A DNA stretch of 58,986 nucleotides, filler included, from Thelocarpon superellum (GCA_026025795.1; 2 parts of 2 records of this genome joined end to end with filler, not necessarily neighbours in it), one strand, 5' to 3'. Shown: positions 36,428-50,092, counted from the whole stretch's first letter. Notes: a model not told the origin generated them from the letters alone. Numbers and translations are program-made.

Positions 36428-38259
36428 ATGACCGAGATGGATTCCACCCAGCCGACACCGCCAACGGGAAGGATATACTCGGGTGCGGTCGATTCCGGCG
36501 GAGGACCGGTCATTCAGGGAGACCAGAACGCTGGAGGGAACATTACAAGTATCGCGGCCAACCCAGCACACAGGTCTTCCGATCTATCGGCGCGCCGGGC
36601 ATAGATAATTTACCACCGTCTCGCCCCTGGCTTGGGCAGTATACAAATCCTGCCGCTCCCCGTCCGATGTCTTTCAGCAGATTGCGGCCGAGGTCGCCTC
36701 ACTCCATGCAGTCCTCGTCGAGATTGACGAATCTCAATACGAGCAGCATCTGAGCTCCGCTCACAAGCTCGACTCACTCCCTTGACGCAAGGATGTCGTG
36801 ATGTGCTCCATGGCTTGCGAGACATCGTGGAAAGATACGGTAGTGTTGGCTAGAAAACCCGCATGGGATCGGATCGGATCGACTCAGTCCACGTCGAAGT
36901 GGCCGCGATCCGACAGCGCATGCTGATCAAGACCAATCTGCTCATTGCCTTTAATGGCAGCCTTGTCACGTATGTCCATTTCCGTATGATATGGCGCTTC
37001 CATTGCTGACTGAGCACAGCTCCTCTGGAAGCCACGTCGAGGCTCTCCTACACCTGTTTATCGACGAGATTCGCCAAGGGAAGCATGGAGGATCCGTCCT
37101 GTCCCGTGAAACAACGAGCTCTCTCCAGCCGGATGAAAAGGAGGCGTGGCGCCTGATCCGCAAGGAGCTTGAGGGGATCGGCATCTCACCGGAACTCTCC
37201 ACCGAACATCGCAACTTGATCGTCGCGATTTTCGAACAAGCCATAGCGGATGGGGCCCTGAACGAAGGCATCACCGACGTGTTCGAGAGCGTTCCGTCCT
37301 CACCATGTTCCTCTATCTCACGCGATACGGGGTTGGGAGATGTTTCACCAGCTTCAAGCCATCACATCGTGGTCGATCTCGGCCTTCTCGCGAATGAGAC
37401 ACGACAGGAGATGACGCAAAGTGTGGCCCATAAACCCCGCACGGAAGAGCGCGCTCAGAAAACCCTAGCACCAAGTGCTCGCAATGCACGCTTCCCCCGA
37501 TCGACGGCTAGAGTCATCTTTTGGTGGCTGCGCAACCGAGACAAACAGCTGCGCACGTCCAAATTGTTCACCGCGGCTCGGAAAGGGAGATGGGAGGCGG
37601 CGAGCAACCTACTCGAAGCTGGGGAAGACGCCACGTTCATGAGTGGAAGGGGAGAAAGCACGCTACATCTGGCGGCGAAGGGTGGCCAAACGAACGTGAT
37701 ACGGAAGCTCCTCGAAAAAGGTGCCAAGGTTGACCTCCGAGATCTGTCGTCAAGAACGCCATTGTCCTGGGCCGTCGCGCGTGACCAGTATCGGGCGGCC
37801 GAGGTGTTACCAGTCTGGAATGCTGCCCCTGACATGTCCGACAAGAATGGTGACACGCCCTTGCACTGGGCCGCCAAAGCCGAATAGCCAAAGCTGCTTG
37901 CTCTGCTGATTCGTTCCGGCCTCGGCTCTGAGCGACGGAATCTCAAAGGTCAGACGGCATTGATCGCGGCTGCCGATGCAGGGATCAAGTCCAGCGTGGA
38001 CGTTTTACTTGAGAACATGGCCGACGTTGACGCGCGCCTTGATTCGGGCGACACCGCACTGATAGGGGCTGCAAAAGCAAACCATATCGACGTCGCCAGG
38101 CTACTGATCTCCGCACATGCCGACCCCTTTCCTCAAGATATTTTGGGTTTCACAGCGAAGGACTGGGCACGGTGCTCAAGTAATCACGTCTTTGCGAAGG
38201 ACTTGGAAGTGTATGAGGACAGGTATGCGAAAACATATGCGCCATACCTGAACAAGTGA
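36428..38259 (+). pseudogene. Disrupted gene: amyloid-like N-terminus + HeLo-like helical domain + ankyrin repeats
   Basis: Conceptual translation needs frameshifts near 36550, 36608 and 36767 and reads through TAG at 36851 and 37885. It gives PLAWAVYKSCR...AEVASLHAVL...QGCRDVL..L..IVERY, then EAWRLIRKELEGIGIS, then several T(P/A)LHxAA-type ankyrin repeats. Intron at 36970-37019. Confidence 0.75.
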
Positions 38260-38861
38260 CTCGAACATGAAAATATCTATGGCACCCTCGCCCTCGCCTC
38301 ACCTCGACGACATCGCCCTCCCTGAGTGTTGCTCTAACCTACGCGTCCAGCTCGCCTGAGATTGCGCTACGCCGCGCTCCGCTCATGCTCATCTGCGCTC
38401 AATTGTCGCAGCGCCCAGCTCACGTGTTAGAGCTCCATGGTACAGCCAAGATACCTTCGTACGAATCAGGGCTGGGTGGTGGGTGATCTACAATAACCGG
38501 ATGTGCCTAAAGTACACTACTACTATCAGTACTGCGAGAAGACTTTGACCATCTAGGATGATATTAAAGGTTGTCATAAATAAAACACTGCTTCCGGGTA
38601 CGTAAACCATATTTGAAGAAGTCAAAAGAAATCAGATCGTAGTGTTGGTGGACAGTCAATGGTAAGATTACAATGATAGGCCGTCGCCATCAAGAAAAAA
38701 GGTCTTTGGGGAAGAAAGAAGGTCCCCCCGAGACCAGTGACGATGACTGTATTGTGCGCTCTGCTGTCAGAAGATAGAGCGAGAGAGGGGGAAAGAGTCG
38801 ACAGATGCAGAGTGTGCGCGGAGCAAGCGTTGCTCTCAGCCCTGCGCTCTCCATTCCGCTG

Positions 38862-41800
38862 TCACGGAGACACAACAGGCGGAAAGGTGGCGACGACCCC
38901 GATCTGAGTATTCTGGGATGCGGCAACAGTGGTGATGACGCCACTCTTCCAATAGCACGTGCCTCCGAGGAAGGTCAGACCGGTAACGAGAGGGTTCGGT
39001 TGTGGGATCTGGGCATTGTACGCTGCTCCTTGATTCATACAGCCTTCCAGGTTTGGCGCAGTCGTGCTTCTGAAATCCATATTTACGTTGGCGTCGGTGG
39101 AACATAGGACGGTGTACGAGCCTCCAGCGGGCGGGTAATAGACTTGGTTGTTGTCCTGGGGGCAGAAGCCCACGACCGGTATCGGGGAGATGGACTGAGT
39201 TGCCGACTGCGAAAGAGAGTCCGACGTCCCGATCAGGGGCCCGCCATATAGGCTGCATACACCTCCGAACAAGCTGACCCCGGTGCAGTTGGTGGTCGGT
39301 GCGGGTGTGGTCAGGTCATACGTGGAGCACGAGTCCATGCACGTCGCCAGCGTCGTCGCGGAGGTGGTAGTGAGGAAGTCGCTCGAAGAAAAGCTGGTGG
39401 AGCAGTTGAGAATATACTGCCCTTTCGACGGCGAGTCGTAGTAAAGACCATTGTCACCCGGACAGTTGGCCTGTGACGTGACGGGCGAGATGGTGGTGAT
39501 GGCAGAGTACTTGACCGGATTGTACGTGCCGGGAGGTAGCGCATATTTCGGGAAGCACGTCATCTCTCCATAGGAATAGGTGACGCCGATACATGGTGCA
39601 AATGGAGCTGGGTACGCTGCGGTGTACTCCGAACACGAGTTCATGCAGTCGGCGAATGAATCCGATGGACTTGATGGTAGATCGTCTCCCAGAAAATCGA
39701 TGGAGCAGTTGAGCACATAAGTCCCACCAGCCGGCGGCATGTACGTCGTGTCGTTACCATAGGGGCAGCTATCCGTCTGGTTCACCGGTACGACCAAAGT
39801 TGCCGAGTCGTCCGTCGAAGTAGTCCCAGTCAAAGTGCCGGTCTTGATGAAGCACAGATTTTGCGAAGAGTCGAAAGTCACCCCGCTGCACGGCGGAGTT
39901 GGGGGAGGCGAAGCGCTGTTGTACAGCGAACACTTATTGGCGCAATCCATCAATGAAGTGGAACTTGACGAGATCGTGGTCTGCCCCGGGTTGAGATTGG
40001 TCGAGCATTGCAATGTGTATTGACCTCCAGCCGGCGGATCATATGGCTCCCCGTTGTCCACTGGACAGGTCGCGTTCATACTCACTGGGGAGTTGAGTGC
40101 CGTGGCTCCCTCACAGACGTCGTTCGGAGAGTACGTAAGTGGGCCGGTCTTGACGAAGCAGTCGTAGGTGGTAGTGTTCCAAACTGCCGCCGTGCATGGG
40201 GGGTCAGGGTAGGGCACTTGCTCGTTGTACAAAGAGCATTGATTGGCGCAATCTCCTAACGAGCCCACACCTGATCGTAAAATCGTCTGATCTGGATTGA
40301 TATTGGTGGAGCAATTCAGCAGATACTGGCCACCAGCGGCCGCAGTGTAGATCTTGCCGTCATCCTGGGGGCAGTTAGTCGTGGTGGTGGATGGCGTTGG
40401 TGTGCCGGATGAGCTGCTGGTCGATGTCGAACTCGTGCTAGATGATTGCGAGCTTGTACTTGACGTAGACGTGCTGGATGAAGAACTGCTCGAAGAACTG
40501 CTCGACGAACTGCTCGACGAACTGCTCGACGAACTGCTCGACGAACTGCTCGACGAACTGCTCGACGAACTGCTCGACGAAATGCTCGACAAACTGCTGG
40601 TCAATGAAGAACTGCTCGAAGTGGAGGTACTGGTCGGACTACTACTTGGCGGACTGCTGCTGAACAAACTGCTTGATGTGGACGTACTGGTGGGACTGCT
40701 GGTCAACGAACTGCTGGTCGGCGGAGTGCTCGAAGTGGAGGTAATAGTGAGACTGCTGGTCGATGGAGTGCTGGTCAACGAGCTGCTGCTTGGCAAACTG
40801 CTGCTTGATAAAGGACTGCTTGACAGAGGAATGCTTGAAGTGGAGGTACTGATTGGACTACTGCTCAAGGAACTGCTGCTTGATGAACGGCTCGAAGTAG
40901 AGATACTGGTGGGACTGATGTTCGACGAACCGCTGCTCGATAAACTGCCGCTCGATGGAGTGCTGGTCGGCGGCGAGCTGTTCGAGCTGGTAGTCGTCGA
41001 CGTGCTGCTCGACAGAGGGCTGCTTGAATCGGAAGAAGTGGTCGACGACGAAGAGCTACTGCTCAACAAAGAGCTGCTCGACACAACGCTGCTCGTCGGA
41101 GGAGGGATGCTGGGGCTGCTGCTCGAAGCGGGGGTGATCGATAAGGTGGGGCTCGAGACGGTAGTGCTCGAAGAGCTGCTGCTCGAAGAAGGGCTGCTGC
41201 TTAAGGGAATCGTGCTGCTGGAGATCGTAGAGGAAATGGCACTACTGCCGGTACTCGTCGCACTGCTGGTGACCGTGGCCGTGGTAGTGGTTATACAAGC
41301 CGAGGACGACGGTGAGACAAGATCGGACCGAAGAATTGCTCCGACACAAGTTGACAGTGCCTGTCCAGCCGCGACTTGAATGGAAACTTGAGCGCTCAGA
41401 TTCGTACTGCAGATATCGAGAGACTGCGGAGAGCCATCGGTACTCAAGGAAAGAGTGGTGCCTTGAAGTGAAAATATAGCTTTCTGACTCCCCGCGGGAG
41501 GAGAGGAGCTGGAGACAAGGGTAAGCGTCCCGTTGGCCTATCTTGTCAGCGGCTGGTCAAGTTCGAGCTTCCTGGTGGATCTACCTGGTTTAGATATACA
41601 AAATTACCACCTGCGTCCACAAGACTCCCAGTCGAATCCAACGAGAAGGTCGCAGTATCAATACTGCCGCCGATGACGATGACGCCATCTGTGGCTTCGC
41701 CCACAGGCACATTGGTGAAACCGCAATCATTCGTGGACAGGTAGAGAGGGAAGAAGCTGGACGAGGGTTCGGCCGCGGTGAGGCTGGCTGAGCTCGAGGA

Positions 41801-42124
41801 AAGATTGCTCTCGGTCACTGTTGCTGTAGCCGTGGTGGTGACAGTGGAGGTAGTTGGAATGACGATGGTGTCGATGAAAGTCGGCGCATTATCGACGGTG
41901 AAGCAGTTGCTACCTCCAAGCTCGATCACGATGTTGCTGTCGAAAGTCGCGTTGATGTTGTAGATGAGATGGGTCACGCACTCTTGCACCACAGGCTGCA
42001 GCGCACAGGAATTACCAGCGGCAAGAGGTAGAAGATTGACTGTTCCCATCCATTGGGCCTTCGCTTGGGCGAGCGTGAGAGTGGCAACAAGGCCGCCGCA
42101 GAAGGCGTGCCACCCTGGAAACAT
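38862..42124 (-). CDS. Secreted Ser/Thr-rich surface protein with five Cys-rich PAN/Apple-like repeats
   Basis: Signal peptide MFPGWHAFCGGLVATLTLAQAKA. Intron 41584-41538 (GTAGAT..GCTGAC..TAG) joins the two ORFs in frame. A stalk of about 300 aa, mostly Ser/Thr, is followed by five CPxDNxxxYxxPxGGxYxLxCSxx...CxxxC...CxGV...C repeats. Confidence 0.8.
40483..40590 (+). repeat. 12-bp coding minisatellite (GAACTGCTCGAC), 9 units of which 7 are perfect
   Basis: Read directly; encodes poly-Ser on the - strand. Confidence 0.9.
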
Positions 42125-44850
42125 GACCCCGTCTGGCCCTTCGCTTCTGCTGGGCTGGAGGAGAGAGGTGAGGACAGAGGTAATTGGCAGTACAGGGGGC
42201 CACGAGAGGGCGTCGTCCCATTTTCTTTGCTCAGACCATCGGACCTGAGCCTCATCCTCACCTGCCGCGATGTTTACATTCTTGACAGGCATCAGATTTG
42301 CCTTTCCATTCTTCCATGGGCATGGCACCTGTCCCCCCCGAAAGTCGCCACATCCGTAGGCGGTGAAAGGAATGGACCAGGTACTGTCACTGCAGAATGT
42401 TGCAATGGCACAAGAGTGTCTGCCATGTACTGATCAGAGGTGATCTAGTACCTCTATCGCTCTCGTCCCTTTCTCGCTGTTACGCCATCTGACGAGACAT
42501 TCCATTGCCGCTTGATCGCCCCGCGGCTTTCGCGTGCTTGGAAACAAGCAGCAGAGGTGGTGGCTCATGTCGAGGTGCATGCCAAAACTTAGGCATACAT
42601 CGTATACTCCACAAATTGGGTGAGATATGGGGACATTCTTGACATGAGATTGGATTCGGCTGCCTGTGTAGTGTGTCTTCACATGTTCAAAACATCTCTC
42701 TCGTTAGTGTAAGCGACTGGGAACTGCACACACGTCATATTCATTGTGACTGCGCATGGAGGTAAGCACACAAGCGCCGCTGGATCACGCATGGTCTTGA
42801 GCGATGATAGCCAGGCCTCGTTCTGGGACTCCAGCCATGCGGGATCAGGTCTGGTCTGTATCTATTCAGCACACCAATATGAGGCCTCTCTTTTAGCCAG
42901 GCCAATGTCTCCAGCACGCATTTGGTTGTCTTGATAGACTTGTACACATCTAGCTGGAATATCATCAAGTGTCCAACTGTCTCATCTCCATTCTGCATGA
43001 ACTTAGCTTGATGTGAAGATGACTTTGTTCGTGGTGACTGGGCCACACATATTAGTCATCCTTTGAACATGGCGCATCTACCTAACTCGAAGCTCGGTCC
43101 TCGGCCTTCGATACCCTAAAAGGTGGGAGGCGAAGGGGGGAAGAGAGACGATTTGTGCTCGTCCGGACGAACTCTTTCGGTCTCCTGGCGAGGAGCTCCA
43201 TTCCCATAGTATGAGGACTGTAGGAGCGCGCACGTGATCTGGTCACGTGCCCACTCCTATTACTATCCCGACTACGCGTAGATTAGCAATTCAGCTCTGA
43301 TTCCTACAGGACGAGTATGCATGAGAGCACGATGGGCTGTACTACCGCCCAACAGGTAGCCACTGACTAATGAGACGAGCTTCACTACTATAAGGAACCA
43401 CCGTAGGGCCGACAAACTGAGAGACTCGGTTCGAGTTTCCCATTTTGTTGCGGACTCCAAATCAATTCTTCTAATTGCATTCCAGCAGCAGGTGTGTGCA
43501 TTGCCCAGAACGAGCGACGTGCTGTCCGTTTCAGATGCAACAAACGCCTGAAATTCCATCGTCTGGATCAGCGCTGATTGGGGGGTTCATTCACTCTGGG
43601 TGCCTTGGTTCGTCCCGCTTCTCCCTTCCTTCCCCTTCGTACAAGATCTGCACGAGCACGAGGACGGCGTTACTTGTACCATGAACCCATCTAGCATCAT
43701 ACGTACAGAACCACCGAGGAGGTGTTGTACAAAGGATAGCTCCTGGACACGGCGGTGCTTTCCTCTGCTCACCTCAGGACTAGACCCGGGGTCAGGAGAG
43801 TCTGGCCTGACGTCTGTGACAACCTTCCTTCCTTCCTTTTGAGATTCGGAATACTCCTCTTCTTGTGACGCCCACTCCAAAGATCCTTGATTTTGGTTCT
43901 ATGGCCCGTCTTACAACACGTCGAGCATCAAGCAGGAAATTTCAGGGAGAAGGTTCCCTCAGCTATTAACTTTGTACACAAGGAGGTGAGGGAGCGCAAG
44001 GGTGGAGGGTAGAAGGCCGGATAATCCTCCGTTCGGGCCTCGAGCCACGTAGGCGAGCGAGAGCGAAGGATATGGTCGTATATCCGTTTGGTGTAAGATT
44101 GACTGCTTGAAGCAGACGGAGGATATGCTTCTTTCGTTTTGCATCGCATGCTTTGCGCTGGAGCCACTGAGCACGGAATATTACTCGTCCACCTGGTATG
44201 GGCACAGGTCCTGTGAACCCCTGGACTGGATTCGCTCTGCTCGGCCATCTGCTCGTGCCCGTTTCGCGCGCCTGATTTGCTGTGCTCGCTTCGTCCGGGT
44301 CTCACTTGGGGAAGACAGGATAGCTCAGGCATCTCGAGCCATCTCAGCTCAGGTCGGCTTGAGTTTCTATATTCGACAGTCTACGCGAGACCAAGGTAAG
44401 ACGCGGGGGCACGTCAGAGCGCGGGTCAGGGTCGGCGTGCCTGTAGCGGATGCGAGAGTGAGCGGATGAGTGGACGCCTGCATGGTGGATGGATGGCACA
44501 TGGATCGATCTCAGCCGCCTGGTGTCACCCCCCTCCCCCGGCAGCAGTGAGGTGAGCCGCCAGATGTATGGTTACATCATGACCGAGGAGTCTTATGTTC
44601 GTGTTCGTGTTCATATCCGTGTTCAGGACCACATGTCAAGCCAGAGCCAGAACTGGAAGAGGAGGTAGGGATCATCACTATGCTGCGTCGTGCGTCTCAC
44701 ACACGGCCGTCTGCACCCTGCATCTAAGGTACGGGGTAGTAGTAGGTATTTGTAAGAAACTCGTAAGTCATCGCCAAGACAACGCTCGCAAAGATCAAGT
44801 CTAGAAGCACCTTCTGGTGATACGACAGCCCGCTCAACCACGGATCAGGC

Positions 44851-45844
44851 TCATGCCCGGATGACATGGCTGTAATGTCCTGGCACCTTGGCTATGCATT
44901 TTTCGCAGTCGGCGCGATAGCCCATGCTGAGCACAGGCTTGCCCTCGCCCGGGCCCTCGGCGCAATCCTTGCCATCCGCTCGTCGACTTCGGCTTCGACC
45001 GCGTCGGGGAAATTCCGTGGGCGTCGTCGGCGTGTCCGGCACCACCTCCATCCGCTCCACCCCGTCTTCCTCCTCCACCAGCGCCTCCGAGGTGCCCACG
45101 CCAAGACGACCCATCATCGTGCCGGCGCCACTCAGGGGGCTCAGCAGGCCATCGTCGCCTTCGCTAATCGGGCTGGGCAGACCCCGCCGCTCCAGATTGC
45201 GATATTTCGACATTGGGTCATTCGGATCCTCGGCAATGAGATTGCTGTCTCGGTTGCGACGTGCGGATGGCGGATGAAGGAAAAAAGAGCCGAAGATGGG
45301 CGTGGGAAGACGGGTCTGAGTGCTCGGCGGGGACAGGATAAAGGAGGGTGGGGCGTAGAGCGGGGAACAGTCTGACATGTCTAGGTCGTGCTCGTCGCCG
45401 TGGCTGAGACCGGGCGTACTGATGCCAGACACCGCCGACAGGCGGCCGGGGCCGGGGCCGGGAGTAGGACTGGAGGAGAAGACAGATCGGTATGCCATCG
45501 ACTCCTCCACCGCCAAGTCCACCGGCGTCATCGTGCTCGTGCTCATGCTCGTGCTCGTGCTCGTGCTCGTGCTCGAGTTGAGACCCGTTCCCGTTGTGGC
45601 GGTGTGAGATGTGACAAAGCTGAAGTTCTGAAAGGCAAAGTGCGAGGTGCTGATGGGAGACGGCCGGATGGGTAACACGCGGCGCTTCTGCCATGGGGTC
45701 AGGACCTGAGCTGGTGACACGACGAAGCGCACCCTCTCCGCTCCTCTACACGCACGCGGCACATACCTTGCTCTCAAAGCTGAGCTCACCAAACCCACCC
45801 TCGCCCTCATCGTCCGCCGCCCGTCTCTTCAACGACGCAAACAT
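44851..45844 (-). CDS. Conserved fungal hypothetical protein with C-terminal MGYRADCEKCxxKVPGHYSH motif
   Basis: Exon 45844-45767 (MFASLKRRAADDEG...SK), intron 45766-45688, then KRRVLPIRPSP, R.PTPIFGSF, LPSPISE and a terminal C2H2-like motif. Confidence 0.7.
45533..45574 (+). repeat. (GTGCTC)7 hexamer microsatellite encoding STSTST on the - strand
   Basis: Read directly; one unit is ATGCTC. Confidence 0.85.
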
Positions 45845-46603
45845 GCTGTGTCACGATGTTGACGCAACGGTCACCGGCAGCGGCAACGGCAGCGCCGTGA
45901 GCATAAGGTTCCGTGGTTGAGTTCGAGATGAAAGGAAGTCAGATGGAGGAACAAGTGTTAACGGCCGCGAGGTTGATCTATGGGCGCTCAAGGGGGGGGT
46001 GCGTGAGGGGCAACGCGGGACATGTTGATTTCCCTGATCTAGGCACTGGCCAAGCACTGACAGGGGCACGGACAGATGGCATGGACCTCGCTTCGATCGC
46101 AATGGGGAGGAGGGGAGAGAGGGCCGCGGCAGAACCGGGCAACCTGAGGCGATGGTGCGGCGATCCAGGCCTGGAAATTGGAGGGCCCCCTGTGTACCAG
46201 GGGGAACGCCAAGCGACGTGACGTGTGGATTGAATGCACTCGCGCTGCGGCTCTGACCACCGCCACCACCACTACCCTGGCGGTCGGACATTGCGGCGTG
46301 CCATTACAGGGCATCTCGCCTTATCTAAGCCTGACCTCACCCAATTGGGCCAGGTCAGGTACGAAGCCGCATGAAGCCACTTCATGCGGACCTTGACCTG
46401 GGACCCCTACCCACCAGCCCTGTACCTTGTACGAGGACAAGTCCCGCTATTGGGGAACAGCTTACTCTCACATCCCGAGTAAGTCAGACCGAGTGCATCG
46501 TACCAACGCGCCGAACGCGAGCACGAGGGCGTCCGATGGGTCGTCGATGGCGCCCGGCGGTGCGAGCTGGACGGTGCCACCGCGACCCAAAGGGTGGCCG
46601 CCG

Positions 46604-46610
46604 TGACTCA
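46604..46610. promoter_or_regulatory. Putative Gcn4/CpcA element TGACTCA upstream of DAHP synthase
   Basis: Perfect consensus about 500 bp before ATG 47116; a second copy lies at 47214-47220 in intron 1. Confidence 0.4.
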
Positions 46611-47074
46611 GCTCGACCCATGGCCTGTCTGGGCCCATGGGTCACCTACCATACCCGTAGAAGCGTCACCGCCTTTGACCCCACCAATCCTTCGTTCGAC
46701 CACAGCTGACTAGCGGTACCGATGCCGGGCCCCCACCGTCACGGCCCACCACCCACGGCCTTACGTAGTGAAAATGAACAAGGAATTTCCCCCCGGCCTG
46801 ATGGTCAAATCGTGCGGGCGGTCGTGCAACGTTGATCAAGAAACCTTCTGCCTCCGGTGATACCGAATGCTACCGGGGCCCCAAGTAACCCAACCATCAC
46901 ACGGAGTACACACTATCGAACGCCACGACACCATGAGATCATGATTCCTTGACTTGGCCATGGCCGAAACCCATCGACATAAAGAGCCCAACGCGGTCAC
47001 CAGCGTCATGGTAGACAAGGTGCTCTCTTCCCATTCCAATCCTGCTGAAGTCACACTCGCGAGCTCGTAGTTGA

Positions 47075-48485
<1,411 letters not shown>

Positions 48486-48977
48486 TGTTGTCTTTTCCCC
48501 GTCGTCTTCGCCAACCATTCATCGATCCATTTGATGCTTTGACACTTTGCACCATCCATCCCCATTCTTTCCTCATCTCCACCTTCTCTTGTCATGATTC
48601 TTTTCCAAAAGATGAGCACAAACAACCGTGGCAATAGTCGCAGCGTGATCTTGAAATGGATCTTGAGATGATCGTTGAAGTGGGGTGAAGTGAAGTGACG
48701 TGGATTGAAGGATGGTGGAGAGTGGTTTTCGAAGGCGGAAGAGAGCAGAGGGTGAAAGATGAAAAGGAAGAAGTAGTTTAATGTTTGGTACGGTATCTAT
48801 GTCACAGGACTAAAGCCGCGTCTCTACCTCTTCGCCTGTCCCTCCATAACTCATGAACGCTGTAGAAGATACGATGTTATGAATGACGAGAAGGGACGAA
48901 GGAATGAAGGGGGGAAAGCCAACGAAGAACCAGGAATACGTATCTACAGATTGAAACGCCCCTCTATAACACGGCCC

Positions 48978-50092
48978 TCATCGCTCCGTCCTTGGCTCAT
49001 CTGCCGCCTTCAACGACGACGACGACGACGACGAACCTCGCCCCACCAACCAAGACGTAGCAGACGACCACGCCCCGGCTGGACTCGACCTCGCACCTAG
49101 CTGATCTAACATCCCGCCTTGGGACCGCGTCCGTGTCCGTGATCGCTCCGCCATGATCTCCTGCTCTTCTCTCTGTTTCGCTTTTTCAAACGCGCCCATC
49201 ACTTCTGCTTTGATCTGTGCCGGACTCGCCTCTGCCCTTGCCTTTGACCCCTCGTCTTCGTGTTGATTCTCATTCGCGCTCGCAAGTCCATCTTGCCGCG
49301 GCGTCATGGGCTCGTCCTTCTTGAGCCCCGCAAAGAGCCACTGCCCTGCCCGTCCTAACATGCCCTTCTGCGCCGCCTTCTCCCTCGCCGCGCTTACCAC
49401 GCCGTCTTCGTGCTCGACGAGCGATGTCTGCTGCGGTGTGGCCTCGCCTGCCGCCACCGCCTCGCGTGCCTCGGCGACGTGCGTCGTGTACAGCTCGCGC
49501 TGCGCGGCGTAGAACTCGCTCCGCCGTCGTCGGTTGTACAATACCATGTCGCCTAGCGCAACCGTGGCGTAGATGCCACATATTGCTGTCCGAGAACGTT
49601 AGCCCCACGCAAAGAGGTAGGGGATGGTGGCGGTGGTGAGGGTGGTGGTGGGAGAGTTGCGGAGGAGGTTGAGATGTAGAGAGGAGAGAGAACGTAGAGC
49701 GGTGGATGGGGCTGAAAGTGGTCGAGCAGATGCACAGTCATAGACCTACCCGTCGCGCCAATCAAACCCAGCGCTACGAATCGATGCGCTCGGTCCGCCC
49801 AGGTCCGACCCGTCACTATGACCTTGTCAAAGGTCGAGACCTGGTCTAGTCGCGCCTGCCGCGCTGCATTCTTCAGCCGTGTGACCTTGGCTTGTGCTGA
49901 CTCGCCCGTGGGCGGAGATGACGACGATGTCGGGAAGGCGGAGGCGGAGGAGGCGACGGCGGAAGGGGAGGCGGATGCGGCGGCGGATCGAGAGGCAGAC
50001 GCCGCGGCGGAACGAGACGAGTTCAGTGCTGCTCGCGAGTGGGCGACGGGGCCTGTGGCTGTGAAGCGTGTTGCGTCTGCTGGAGACCGCAT
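48978..50092 (-). CDS. Cytochrome c oxidase assembly factor Cox14-like protein
   Basis: DATRFTAT N-terminus; GRTWADRAHRFVALGLIGAT|AICGIYATVALGDMVLYNRRRR across intron 49749-49586; single TM segment. Confidence 0.7.

Noticed and set aside
40354..41379. 341-aa Leu/Glu/Asp-rich ORF resembling a leucine-rich or coiled-coil repeat
   Set aside because: It is the reverse complement of the Ser-rich stalk; the - strand gene has the signal peptide and Cys domains.
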